NCBI GenBank assembly: GCA_963681965.1
Contig: OY820579.1
Span: 4,180,868 to 4,244,867 of the forward strand
Direction of reading: 5' to 3'
DNA: 64,000 nucleotides
Origin: a bacterium
GTDB lineage: Bacteria; Electryoneota; JAOADG01
Positions 29,749-39,444 of the stretch are shown piece after piece. Both the position numbers and the translations under genes were made by a program. The notes under the pieces are model-generated. The model was not told the origin of the DNA. It saw only the letters and a list, made by a program, of their open reading frames with translations, and searched no databases. How positions within the stretch are numbered: position 1 is the first letter of the stretch; each line of letters starts with the position of its first letter.

Positions 29749-30626
29749 TATTCGCGTCGCTCCGACATCAGCGTGCCTCGCGTACCCGTCCTGCCCGCTA
29801 TCTGCTGTGGCTGACGATCGTCACGCTGCTGACCGTCGCAACCGTTCTGGCGCTGGCTGCCGGATGGTCGTTCGATATGACTTGGTCCTATGCCAATGCC
29901 AATGTCGTCCACGATCAGGTCGCACAGGATTACTATCCCCACGCCATTGCGCTGCTCCAAGCCGATAGCGCCTATCGGAACGGTTCCCCGCCACTCCCAA
30001 TTCTTCAGCGTCTGCAAAAACTTCCGGGGGTGAAATCAGTGCTCTTTTCGGTACCCGGCTCGCAAACGAGCGTTCAACTCCCCGCCGGGGAATTGCCATT
30101 GACGCGGCTCGACAGCAATCTCTTCCAGCAATTGCAGGCGACGCACCACTCCTGGGCGCCAATCATGCATGCCGTCGTTGGCGGTAAAACAAAATTCATC
30201 CGGTTGCACATCGGCGATGCGCAATACAGCCTGTTTACCCGCTACATCAAGCCGGACACGACCAAACCGCCGACCGCCGCGTTTTCGCTGCTACTCGATC
30301 CGGCATGGCTGGTGAAAATTCTACCGCCGCAGCTCGACAGTCTAGCCCGCGAAAGTACGCAACTCTTGTTTTTCGCCCCTTCGCCGCAGAATCACGAAGC
30401 GATACAGTCGTTGGGTCTGATCCACGGCACCGATACTCTCTGGTGGTTGGGTCCGAAAAATGTCAACGTCGTTATTAAACAGGGGTTGTGGTCGTTTCCC
30501 GAAATCGAAGTGCACACGTTTGTCCATTGGAAGGGACAGGATTACACAAAGCGCGCCGATTCGATCCGCACGATTTTCCAGAAACAGACCCAACGAAAAC
30601 CCACGACTTCGGATACCGATAAATAA
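29745..30626 (+). CDS. Hypothetical single-pass membrane/exported protein
   Basis: ATGA overlap with the previous gene; N-terminal TM segment; no recognisable family. Confidence 0.6.
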   Translation: MIFASLRHQRASRTRPARYLLWLTIVTLLTVATVLALAAGWSFDMTWSYANANVVHDQVAQDYYPHAIALLQADSAYRNGSPPLPILQRLQKLPGVKSVLFSVPGSQTSVQLPAGELPLTRLDSNLFQQLQATHHSWAPIMHAVVGGKTKFIRLHIGDAQYSLFTRYIKPDTTKPPTAAFSLLLDPAWLVKILPPQLDSLARESTQLLFFAPSPQNHEAIQSLGLIHGTDTLWWLGPKNVNVVIKQGLWSFPEIEVHTFVHWKGQDYTKRADSIRTIFQKQTQRKPTTSDTDK

Positions 30627-30696
30627 TCTCGGATGCCGGTTTTGTGATCGCTTTCACTACTTTCGTATCGTATAATATGGGATCGATGAGGAGCCT

Positions 30697-31404
30697 GTGA
30701 GATTTCGTTTTCTTTACCCGGTAATCATTCTTATCGCGACGACGCTCTTTGCCCAGTTGCCGACCACCGGCAACGACGGCAAAAAGAAAATGATCGAAGC
30801 ACTACCGGGCGAATTTCAAATTGCGCAACTGAAGTATAGCGGTGGCGGGGATTGGTATGCGAATCCGTCCGGACTGCCGAATTTATTGGCGTATGCGGCA
30901 CAAAACGCCGGATTGAATTGTGCCAAACGTCCGGTGACGATCTCGCTCGATTCACCCGATCTCTGGCGCTATCGCTATATCTATCTTACCGGTCACGGCA
31001 ATATCAGTCTCACTGCCGACGAAGCAACCCGGTTGCGCGATTGGCTGGAAGCCGGCGGTTTTCTGCATGCCGACGATTGCTATGGGCTCGACGCCTCGTT
31101 CCGTCGCGAAATGAAGAAAGTATTTCCCGATCAGGAGTTGCGCGAAGTGCCCGCCGATCATCCGATTTACAAAACGCCATTTCCGTTTCCCGCCGGTCGA
31201 CCGCCGAAAATTCACGAACACGACGGCAAACCGGCACAGGGATTCGGATGGTGGATTGCCGGGCGACTGGCAGTATACTATACCTATCAATGCGATCTGG
31301 GTGACGGTTGGGAGGATCCCGATGTCCACACCGATCCCGAACCGGTGCGCATTTCTTCGTTAAAAATGGGAACCAACTTGATCGTATACGCTTTGACAAA
31401 CTAA
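30697..31404 (+). CDS. DUF4159 domain protein
   Basis: IAQLKY.GGGDWYANPS, Y.TGHG, GGFLHADD.YGLD, PKIHEHDGKP.QGFG, DLGDGWED. Confidence 0.9.
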   Translation: MRFRFLYPVIILIATTLFAQLPTTGNDGKKKMIEALPGEFQIAQLKYSGGGDWYANPSGLPNLLAYAAQNAGLNCAKRPVTISLDSPDLWRYRYIYLTGHGNISLTADEATRLRDWLEAGGFLHADDCYGLDASFRREMKKVFPDQELREVPADHPIYKTPFPFPAGRPPKIHEHDGKPAQGFGWWIAGRLAVYYTYQCDLGDGWEDPDVHTDPEPVRISSLKMGTNLIVYALTN

Positions 31405-31425
31405 CGACATTCCGGGGGGAGTAGG

Positions 31426-32424
31426 ATGACCAAAGCACTATCTGCCATACTACATGAATTGATCGATTATGCCGGGATGTTTCCGCCGGCGAAACTACCG
31501 CTCGAAACCGCGTTTTCAAAATACCTGAATTACCGAACTGCTCCGGAACAATGGATGGTGTCGCGCTTCATCTGTCCGATCGGACAATTTTCCGAATTGG
31601 TCGACATCATCTCCGATCCGGCGAAACCGATTGGAAAGATCCGGCTTGCCATCATCGGCGAGGAACACGGTCATCACGATTCCACCAATTCCATCGCTCA
31701 GGATCTATCGATTATCGCGAAATTAGCGGCGCTGCACACCCGATCGATTCAATTCGATACCTATGAAACCAAGCTCTCGATCCATCTCATCGATCAATTG
31801 TCGCGCGATCCATTTCGCGATGAAGTGTCGCCCAAATTGAGTCAATTCGGCGATCACGTCGTGAATGCATTGTCCACTGTCAAGACCGGCTCGCTGGAGT
31901 GCCTGTTTGAACTTCCATTCAACGGTTTTACCGTCGCGGCTTCGACCTTCACGATCGTGATCGATGAGTTGATTCGCATCAATCACCGTCTTGAAGCGCT
32001 GAATATTTCCGCGCGGGTCGGTGTCAAATTGCGCTGTACCGGCGACCGGATGCCCGCGTCGTACATGATCGCGAATGTGCTGAAGCAGTGCGCCGACAAG
32101 AAGATTCCGTTCAAGGCGACTGCGGGATTGCATCACCCCTTCTTCTCGAATCACCGAACCGAACGTCACGGCTTTTTGTCGCTATTTTGCACTGGTTTGA
32201 TTGCCGCTACGCATCCCGAACTGAGCGATGAATATCTTGCGGAAATCGTCGCGTGCGACAAACCCGAGCTGTTTGTTTTTACCGACGACGAATTTGTCTG
32301 GGACGGCAAGTACCACGTGTCGACCGACCAGATTTCCGAACTGCGCAAGAGTATTTTCCTCTCGTTCGGCAGTTGCAGTATCGATGAACCGCGCGACGAT
32401 TTGCGCGCACTCAATCTTATTTAA
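31426..32424 (+). CDS. Conserved hypothetical protein directly upstream of fahA
   Basis: Motifs LIDYAGMFPPA, KLRC.G, PFKATAGLHHP, HGFL, SFGSCS.DEP..DL. Confidence 0.75.
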   Translation: MTKALSAILHELIDYAGMFPPAKLPLETAFSKYLNYRTAPEQWMVSRFICPIGQFSELVDIISDPAKPIGKIRLAIIGEEHGHHDSTNSIAQDLSIIAKLAALHTRSIQFDTYETKLSIHLIDQLSRDPFRDEVSPKLSQFGDHVVNALSTVKTGSLECLFELPFNGFTVAASTFTIVIDELIRINHRLEALNISARVGVKLRCTGDRMPASYMIANVLKQCADKKIPFKATAGLHHPFFSNHRTERHGFLSLFCTGLIAATHPELSDEYLAEIVACDKPELFVFTDDEFVWDGKYHVSTDQISELRKSIFLSFGSCSIDEPRDDLRALNLI

Positions 32425-32438
32425 CAGGACAATTACCC

Positions 32439-33740
32439 GTGAGCATTGCTTCCGATCCGAACGATCCACGTCTAAAGTCGTTTATCGAAGTCGCACCCGA
32501 TTCCGATTTCCCGATCCAGAATCTTCCGTACGGCATCTGTCGGCGTGCCGGTTGTTGCAACGACGAATCCTTTGTCGGGGTTGCGATTGGCGATCACATT
32601 CTGAATCTGGCGCGATTGGAGGAGTACGGTTATTTCGATCGGACATCGATGCTCGGTAAAACGATTTTCGCGAATCCGTCGCTCAACGAGTTTATGGCAC
32701 AGGGTCCGGTGGCATGGCGCGAAGCGCGCGAGACGATTTCGTTGCTGTTGCGAGCAGACAATCCCGAACTGCGCGACAATCCCGATTTACGTCACGCCGC
32801 ACTCTACCGGCGCGACGAATTGGATCTGTTGCTACCGGCGGAAATTGGCGATTACACCGATTTTTATTCGTCGCGCGAACACGCCACCAATGTCGGAATC
32901 ATGTTTCGCGGTGCGCAAAATGCCTTGATGCCGAATTGGTTGCATCTGCCGGTGGGATATCACGGTCGTGCCAGTTCGATCGTTCCGAGTGGTACCGATG
33001 TGCCCCGTCCGCACGGTCAAACCAAATCCGACGATGCGGTTGAGCCACAGTTCGGTGCATCCAGTCAAATCGATTTCGAACTTGAAGTTGGCGCGCTGAT
33101 TGGAACCGGCAATCCGCTCGGTACGCCGATCCCGGTCGATCGGGCGTGGCAGCATCTGTTCGGAATGGTACTCGTCAACGATTGGAGTGCGCGCGATATT
33201 CAGAAGTGGGAATATGTACCACTCGGACCGTTCCTCTCGAAAAATTTCGCGACCTCGGTCTCACCATGGGTGGTGACGATGGATGCGCTTGCGCCGTTCC
33301 AGTGCGAAGGTCCGAAACAAGAGCCGGAACCGTTGCCGTACTTGCGCAGTAAAAACAATCCGACGTTCGATATTCAACTCGAAGTGCTGCTCCAGACCGA
33401 TAAAATGCGTCAACCGGAGCGGATCTCGCTTTCGAATTTTAAATATCTCTACTGGAATTTGGCGCAACAGATTGCACATCACACCGTCACCGGATGCAAT
33501 CTCCGCACTGCCGATATGCTGGCTTCCGGCACAATCAGCGGTCCCGAAAAATCGATGCGCGGAAGTATGCTGGAGTTGTCGTGGCGCGGTACCGAACCGC
33601 TGCAACTTGGCAATGGCGAACAACGCAGCTTTTTACATGACGGCGATCGCTTGACGATTCGCGGTTGGTGTCAGGGCGACGGGTATCGCATCGGATTCGG
33701 CGAAGTGACCGGAATGTTGCTTCCGGCACGGACATTGTGA
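32439..33740 (+). CDS. fahA: Fumarylacetoacetase
   Basis: SDFPIQNLPYG, IGDYTDFYSS.EHA.NVG, PVGYHGRASS, DFELE, NDWSARDIQ.WEY.PLGPF..KNF, GSMLEL.W.G, IGFGE. Confidence 0.95.
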   Translation: MSIASDPNDPRLKSFIEVAPDSDFPIQNLPYGICRRAGCCNDESFVGVAIGDHILNLARLEEYGYFDRTSMLGKTIFANPSLNEFMAQGPVAWREARETISLLLRADNPELRDNPDLRHAALYRRDELDLLLPAEIGDYTDFYSSREHATNVGIMFRGAQNALMPNWLHLPVGYHGRASSIVPSGTDVPRPHGQTKSDDAVEPQFGASSQIDFELEVGALIGTGNPLGTPIPVDRAWQHLFGMVLVNDWSARDIQKWEYVPLGPFLSKNFATSVSPWVVTMDALAPFQCEGPKQEPEPLPYLRSKNNPTFDIQLEVLLQTDKMRQPERISLSNFKYLYWNLAQQIAHHTVTGCNLRTADMLASGTISGPEKSMRGSMLELSWRGTEPLQLGNGEQRSFLHDGDRLTIRGWCQGDGYRIGFGEVTGMLLPARTL

Positions 33741-33747
33741 CTGCATC

Positions 33748-34002
33748 ATGCTGCTGAAAGTAAAAGTCGTTCCGCAATCCTCTCGACTTGAGGCTGCCGG
33801 CTGGAGTGATGAAATCCTGCGAATCAAGCTCACCAAAGGGGCACACGACGGCGAAGCGAATGAGCAACTCATTGCATTCCTCGCCAAATCGTTTCACCTT
33901 CCCAAATCGTCACTAACCATCGTTTCCGGCGCGCATCAACGAGAAAAAGTCGTCGATCTCCCCGGTATTGAGCTGGAAACCGTTAAAATTCGCTTTCCCT
34001 GA
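33748..34002 (+). CDS. DUF167/YggU family protein
   Basis: VKVVPQS, DGEANEQLI.FLAK.F..PKS...IVSG...REK. Confidence 0.85.
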   Translation: MLLKVKVVPQSSRLEAAGWSDEILRIKLTKGAHDGEANEQLIAFLAKSFHLPKSSLTIVSGAHQREKVVDLPGIELETVKIRFP

Positions 34003-34066
34003 CCCGCACACTTTTATCTATCGGCGATTTGTGATTACTTTACGATAGTTCGATTGATTGAAGGGT

Positions 34067-35395
34067 ATGAACAACTCACTATTGGAAATATTGTTAATAG
34101 GCTTACTGATCGTCGCCAATGGCTGGTTGGTGCTGGTCGAGATCGCGTTGATCAAAGCCCGCAAAGCTAGGCTGCACGTGATGGCGCGCGCCGGCAATCC
34201 ATTCGCGCAGTCGGTACTTGACCTTGTGAACCAACCGAGTCGGATTCTATCGACGTTACAGATCGGCGTTACGCTCATCGGCATTTTGACCGGTGCCCTC
34301 GGTGGCGTCTCACTCGCGGACAATCTCACCGTGATTTTGGAACGCTGGCAAATCTCCCATGCTATCGCCGCTCCTGCCGGAGTCGCGATCGTCGTTATCG
34401 GTATCACTTTCTTCTCATTGTTGATCGGCGAATTGATCCCGAAACAGATCGCATTCCGACATGCCGAGGCAATCTCGGTCGCATTCGTTCGACCAGTTCG
34501 ATTGTTGATGATTATTCTATTCCCGTTTGTTCGCATTCTCAGTTTTCTGAGTGATTCGTTTTTGCGGCTATTCGGATTGACGCAATCGACGACGGTGGAT
34601 GTTACCGAAGAAGAAGTCAAGGTGATGGTCGAGCACGGCACCAAGACGGGGGTATTCGAAGACGAAGAGCGCGAGATGTTCGAAGGGGCGCTGGGACTGG
34701 CGAATACGCGCATTGCCGCACTGATGACTCCGCGTGTGGAATTGGATTGGATCAATCTTTCCGAAACCGAGGAACAATCGTTGGAGCGCATTGCCGCCAG
34801 TCAGCATAAACGCTTTCCGGTGGCGCGCGGCGATCTCGATCATGTCCTCGGTATCATCCATACCAAAGAGATTTTTTCGCATAAGCAGAACGATCAACCG
34901 ATCGATTTCACCGCCTTCATTCATGAACCGCTCTATTTGCCGAGTACCGCTTCTGCACTGGAGGCATTGCGTCAATTTAAAACGATGAAGACGCATATCG
35001 CGTTGATTGTCGACGAGCATGGCACGCTGCTCGGTCTTCTGACCACGAACGATTTGGTCGAAGCAGTGTTGGGCGAATTGCCGACTTCCAACTCACCCGA
35101 GAAATTGAGCATCATACAACGCACCGACGGAAGTTGGCTGGTCGATGGCTTGATCACGATCACCGAATTCAAAGAGTATTTCGGTATCGACGAATTGCCG
35201 ATGGAGAAGAAGAAGATCTTTCATACGCTGGCGGGATTTATTGTCAGCAATCTTGGTAAGATTCCCGAACCGACCGATACTGTAGAATGGAACGAGTGGA
35301 AATGGGAGGTCGTCGATATGGACAATCGTCGTGTCGACAAAGTTCTCGTGATCCGCGATCCATCGAAATTAGAGACCTTCGACGAAGAAGAGTAA
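34067..35395 (+). CDS. Hemolysin/TlyC-CorC family (CNNM-CBS-CorC) transporter-associated protein
   Basis: LSTLQIGVT, GELIPK, MTPR, ALIVDEHG..GL.T..D..E...GE, DGSWL.DG, TLAGF, EVVDMD.RRVDKV. Confidence 0.92.
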   Translation: MNNSLLEILLIGLLIVANGWLVLVEIALIKARKARLHVMARAGNPFAQSVLDLVNQPSRILSTLQIGVTLIGILTGALGGVSLADNLTVILERWQISHAIAAPAGVAIVVIGITFFSLLIGELIPKQIAFRHAEAISVAFVRPVRLLMIILFPFVRILSFLSDSFLRLFGLTQSTTVDVTEEEVKVMVEHGTKTGVFEDEEREMFEGALGLANTRIAALMTPRVELDWINLSETEEQSLERIAASQHKRFPVARGDLDHVLGIIHTKEIFSHKQNDQPIDFTAFIHEPLYLPSTASALEALRQFKTMKTHIALIVDEHGTLLGLLTTNDLVEAVLGELPTSNSPEKLSIIQRTDGSWLVDGLITITEFKEYFGIDELPMEKKKIFHTLAGFIVSNLGKIPEPTDTVEWNEWKWEVVDMDNRRVDKVLVIRDPSKLETFDEEE

Positions 35396-35409
35396 TTTAC
35401 TTTTTCTTT

Positions 35410-35775
35410 TCCCACCACCTACTACCTACCACCTACCACCCAATCCCCATCCTGCAGGTGGCGCAGGCATCAGAGCCTGTGATCTTGTATCTTTTTTATC
35501 TTTTCCCACCACCCAACACCTACTACCCAACACCCATCTTTACCGTATGTCGGAATTTATTCCGACTCTTTTTGTCCTAAAAAAATGAACGGGCGGATAC
35601 GGGGATCCGCCCCTACTAAAGGATACAGGATAAAAAAAACGGGCGGATACGGGGATCCGCCCCTACTAAAGGATACAAGATAAAAAAAACGGGCGGCCGC
35701 GGGGATCCGCCCCTACTAAAGGATACAGGATTCAAAAAGAAGAAAGAACGCGGACTAAAGTCCGCCGCTACCAAA
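35410..35775. repeat. Mosaic REP array 5 with three tandem 50-bp units
   Basis: Heptamer tracts plus GTGGCGCAGG...CCTG and GTCGGAATTTATTCCGAC. Then GGGCGG....GGGGATCCGCCCCTACTAAAGGATACA(G/A)GA at 35591, 35641 and 35691, followed by GCGGACTAAAGTCCGCCGCTAC. Confidence 0.9.
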
Positions 35776-35837
35776 AAAATACTTGCAATAAAAAACGGCG
35801 AACAACGATGTCCGCCGAAAATACGCAAAATGTATTG

Positions 35838-36392
35838 CTACGCTCGCGCAATTATTTTTATGCAATCTTCCGGACAAACGGTGGCACACAACCCGCAACC
35901 GTAGCACTTCTCCAACTCCTCCACCAATTCACCATCGACGATCGCGCGGGCATGAAATTGACAGAAGTCGACACAGATTCCGCAATCGTTGCAAATCAGA
36001 AAATCGGTGGCAACGATCATTTCCCCTTTGTCGCAGACCTCTTCCGGATTGAGAAAATAGCCGCAGCAATCGTCGCAGCAGAAGCAGATACCGCTGGTCG
36101 CATCGCGCGTTTCATTTCGGAACGGTCGTGCCACCAATTTTTTCGATTGTGCTTCTGCGAGAATTTCCAAGGCGTCTGCGCGAGTAATCGGTCGGATGCC
36201 CGAACCACTGCCGCAATCGGTTGGATCGAACATCAGGCAGACATCGATTCGCGAACGCTGACAGGTGTGTCCGCTATGTTCCCGACAACCGCAATTCGAA
36301 ATCAGAAACGTCTGCTGGGCATCGATCAATTCGCGCGCTTTTTCGTGGGTACTGACATAATGGATCGGAATATTGTTGGTATCGGACATCAT
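35838..36392 (-). CDS. 4Fe-4S dicluster ferredoxin-like protein
   Basis: C.CR.....C......C, ICFCC.DCC, CNDCGICVDFC, CYGCGLCATVCP. The start is likely ATG 36392 or 36389 (GGAG SD). Confidence 0.85.
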   Translation of the reverse strand: MMSDTNNIPIHYVSTHEKARELIDAQQTFLISNCGCREHSGHTCQRSRIDVCLMFDPTDCGSGSGIRPITRADALEILAEAQSKKLVARPFRNETRDATSGICFCCDDCCGYFLNPEEVCDKGEMIVATDFLICNDCGICVDFCQFHARAIVDGELVEELEKCYGCGLCATVCPEDCIKIIARA

Positions 36393-36410
36393 CGCTCCGG
36401 AATAGATAGG

Positions 36411-36520
36411 GTGGTTCATGAAAATAAGTTGTCATGATTCGGTGTCATGCTTCGCCTGACCTGCGGGCGGATGCGGGGATCCGCCCCTACTACCGATAAC
36501 AACTCATTTTCAAGAGACAC
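36411..36520. mobile_element. MITE-like cassette with ~25-bp imperfect terminal inverted repeats and internal hairpins (copy A)
   Basis: Left end GTGGTTCATGAAAATAAGTTGTCAT versus reverse complement of the right end GTGTCTCTTGAAAATGAGTTGTTAT (20/25). Homologous to 54762-54908. Confidence 0.6.
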
Positions 36521-36704
36521 TACATCAGGAAAATAACAGTACAAAATTCGGTTGTCAATTTCCAGCAAAGGATCCGAAATTCAACCTCTTACCAACTCTG
36601 AACGAGAAGGTGCATGTAATATTCGAAAATCTGCAAGAAAAATAATTGCGTAAAATTGAATATTGTGGTATCATCTACTACTTTGACCACTACTGGATTA
36701 GAAT

Positions 36705-38783
36705 ATGACCCGTCTGTTTCGACTAACGTTTCTGCTGACCATTATCCTGTTGTCATTCACTTCGCAACCATCACTTGCGATGCGATACGAAATCCAAAAT
36801 CCGATTTACACCGGTCATGCGAAATTTATTTCCCCATCGACTGGCTGGGTAAATTCCGGAAACGGCAACATCCTTCATACCGACGATGGCGGTCTGAATT
36901 GGGTTCGACAATTCACCGGATCCACGCATGTATCTGCCTTTGATTTTGCCGATGGATTAAATGGTTGGGTCGTGGGTTCGAACGGAACGATTCTTCATAC
37001 CAACGACGGTGGCATCACCTGGACACCACAACCGAATGACTGCACGAAGTCGCTGTATAGTGTCAAATTCATCGATGTCGATCACGGTTGGGCAGTGGGT
37101 GATTCCGGAACAATCATTTGCACCACGGATCGGGGAAACCACTGGCTTCCACAACATAGCGGAACGAACACAACATTCGTCGAAGTAACATTTGTCGATG
37201 CGTTGACCGGGTGGGTACGAGGATATTCAGAACCGATCTTACATACGACCAATGGCGGCGAAACCTGGTTCAATCCACTGGCTGATACGACGATGGGTAC
37301 ACTGCAGTTGTATAGTATGTGCTTTATCGATCGAAACAACGGCTGGTTTACGGCTAACATCTATGGGTATACATTCGTTCTATATCGCACTACTGATGGT
37401 GGGAGTTTGTGGCAGCCGCAGTTTTGTCGGAATAGCAGTTTGAACGAGGTCTATTTCATTGATGTCGATCATGGTTGGGTGATCGGCGATTCACTGTACC
37501 ACACCACCGATGGCGGAGTTACTTGGTCGGGAATGACAAAACCCGCTGAAAGCGGTACACAACCGTTTTTTTACGACCTCAATCATGGCTGGATACTCGG
37601 AAGGACAATCAATCGCACTACCGATGGCGGGAACCGCTGGGAACAATGTTTTTTTGGAGGAATTGCTGTATCCTATTTTGGTGTTTCATTTCCAAAACCG
37701 GACACCGGTTGGGTTGCAGGAAAACAAGGGGTCATTTTACATACGGTGAATGGCGGTCGTTCGTGGTCAAGACAATATCCGCAGAGTGGCTACACGTTGT
37801 ATAGTGTCGATTTCATCGATGTCAATCAAGGCTGGGTAGTTGGCTATCATGGTTCTATTCGACATACCACTGATGGTGGAATGAATTGGGTGTCACAAGC
37901 GAGTGGAACGACGCGATCGCTGTGGAAAATCGATTTTGCGAATGCGAACGATGGCTGGGCGGTTGGCGATTCCGGAACGATTCTCGCCACCACGAATTCG
38001 GGCAATACGTGGACGCCGCAAATCAGCGATAAAAGTAATCAGTTACTCTGTGTTACCGCGATCGATTCCCAGAATGTATGGATCGGTGGTTGGTACGGTT
38101 TCCTGCTCCATACGACCGATGGTGGAAAACTCTGGCAGACAATACCGATCGATACGTCTGAATGCGTTGACGAAATCGCATTTTCCGATGCGCAACACGG
38201 TTGGTTTGTAGGTGGTGAAATCCATCGCACTACCGACGGTGGGATCAACTGGACGAAGCAGTATGATTATCACGGAAACCGATTCATGAGTATTGCGTGT
38301 CTCGATTCCCTTCACGCGATTGCGGTTGGTTATGATGGTCTAGTTGTACAAACCACCGATGGCGGCGACCATTGGGTCGAACAACCCGAGTATTTCGGTG
38401 AGTGGTTATTAGGTGTCGCATATCCCGATGCCCGCAATGCCTGGGTGGTCAATGATGACGGACAAATCATTCATCTCTTTCCCGAAGACGATAGTATCCG
38501 GCTCCGTTCGCAAATTCCGAATCGAATTCTGCTCGCGCAGAATTACCCCAATCCGTTCAACGGTACGACGACGATTACTTACGCGCTGCCGCAATCCGGC
38601 AATGTCGATTTGAAGCTGTTCGATCTATTGGGTCGGGAGATTGTCACACTATCGGCAGGATATCGGTCGGCAGGAACTTATCGCGTGCAATTCGATGGCA
38701 AACAGCTCGCGTCGGGAACCTATTTTTTGCGATTGAAGGTGAATGGACAGAGTAATGTCCGAAAAATGGTGGTACTGAAATAA
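36705..38783 (+). CDS. YCF48/BNR-repeat beta-propeller protein with T9SS-type CTD
   Basis: Many GW.VG..G.ILHT.DGG..W repeats; signal peptide; QNYPNPFN...SGTYFLRL...KMVVLK. Confidence 0.88.
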   Translation: MTRLFRLTFLLTIILLSFTSQPSLAMRYEIQNPIYTGHAKFISPSTGWVNSGNGNILHTDDGGLNWVRQFTGSTHVSAFDFADGLNGWVVGSNGTILHTNDGGITWTPQPNDCTKSLYSVKFIDVDHGWAVGDSGTIICTTDRGNHWLPQHSGTNTTFVEVTFVDALTGWVRGYSEPILHTTNGGETWFNPLADTTMGTLQLYSMCFIDRNNGWFTANIYGYTFVLYRTTDGGSLWQPQFCRNSSLNEVYFIDVDHGWVIGDSLYHTTDGGVTWSGMTKPAESGTQPFFYDLNHGWILGRTINRTTDGGNRWEQCFFGGIAVSYFGVSFPKPDTGWVAGKQGVILHTVNGGRSWSRQYPQSGYTLYSVDFIDVNQGWVVGYHGSIRHTTDGGMNWVSQASGTTRSLWKIDFANANDGWAVGDSGTILATTNSGNTWTPQISDKSNQLLCVTAIDSQNVWIGGWYGFLLHTTDGGKLWQTIPIDTSECVDEIAFSDAQHGWFVGGEIHRTTDGGINWTKQYDYHGNRFMSIACLDSLHAIAVGYDGLVVQTTDGGDHWVEQPEYFGEWLLGVAYPDARNAWVVNDDGQIIHLFPEDDSIRLRSQIPNRILLAQNYPNPFNGTTTITYALPQSGNVDLKLFDLLGREIVTLSAGYRSAGTYRVQFDGKQLASGTYFLRLKVNGQSNVRKMVVLK

Positions 38784-38795
38784 CTCACTCGCGGA

Positions 38796-39029
38796 TCAGA
38801 CAGCGTCAACGTTCGCTGTTTGCAGATGGATTGCCTGTTGCGGGCAAACCTTTACACAGCGCTGACAACCAGTGCAATCCGCGGCACGATCAACATGAAC
38901 ATGACGGTGCCAAAAAAACTTCACCTGCCCCAATACTTCCCGCCGACACGACGCATTGCACCTGCCACAGGCAGTACACAACCCCAAATCGATCTCGATA
39001 AATTCCGTTTGATTGTGTCGTCGATGCAT
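38796..39029 (-). CDS. Small 2x[4Fe-4S] ferredoxin
   Basis: CTACGRCNASC and CTGCQRCVKVCP; ATG 39029 with GGAGG SD. Confidence 0.85.
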   Translation of the reverse strand: MHRRHNQTEFIEIDLGLCTACGRCNASCRREVLGQVKFFWHRHVHVDRAADCTGCQRCVKVCPQQAIHLQTANVDAV

Positions 39030-39036
39030 GGTTCGA

Positions 39037-39444
39037 TTACCTCCCGAAGGGACCGTGCTGACTGGATGGTGGATGTGCGCCATCGCTGTCGCCGACATGA
39101 AACGCGTGACTGGAAATCAAACCCACCAGCACCGAAACCAATAGCAAAGCGTAGATCGACTCGCGACTTACCGCTCGCAGCTTCAACCAATTCCCCTTCA
39201 GATGTTGCAACAATGCTTTGCGGTTGAGAATTCCATGCCAAATCGCGAAGACGGCAAACAGGATCGCGGCGGAATTGTGCAGCGACATCCAGAAATGACG
39301 CTCGACGCCGAACGGTGCGAATTGGTAGTAATGATTCATAAATCCCGATATCGGGAGTGACAGTCCGGTGAGGGTGGCGACGATTGCGACAAATGCTCGA
39401 TAGCGGAACGGGCGCGGCAACGCCGCTGCTGATGCTGGTTTCAT
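39037..39444 (-). CDS. DUF4405-like (cytochrome b-related) membrane protein
   Basis: L..SG, W..LH.....LF......H..LN pattern; three TM segments. Confidence 0.75.
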   Translation of the reverse strand: MKPASAAALPRPFRYRAFVAIVATLTGLSLPISGFMNHYYQFAPFGVERHFWMSLHNSAAILFAVFAIWHGILNRKALLQHLKGNWLKLRAVSRESIYALLLVSVLVGLISSHAFHVGDSDGAHPPSSQHGPFGR

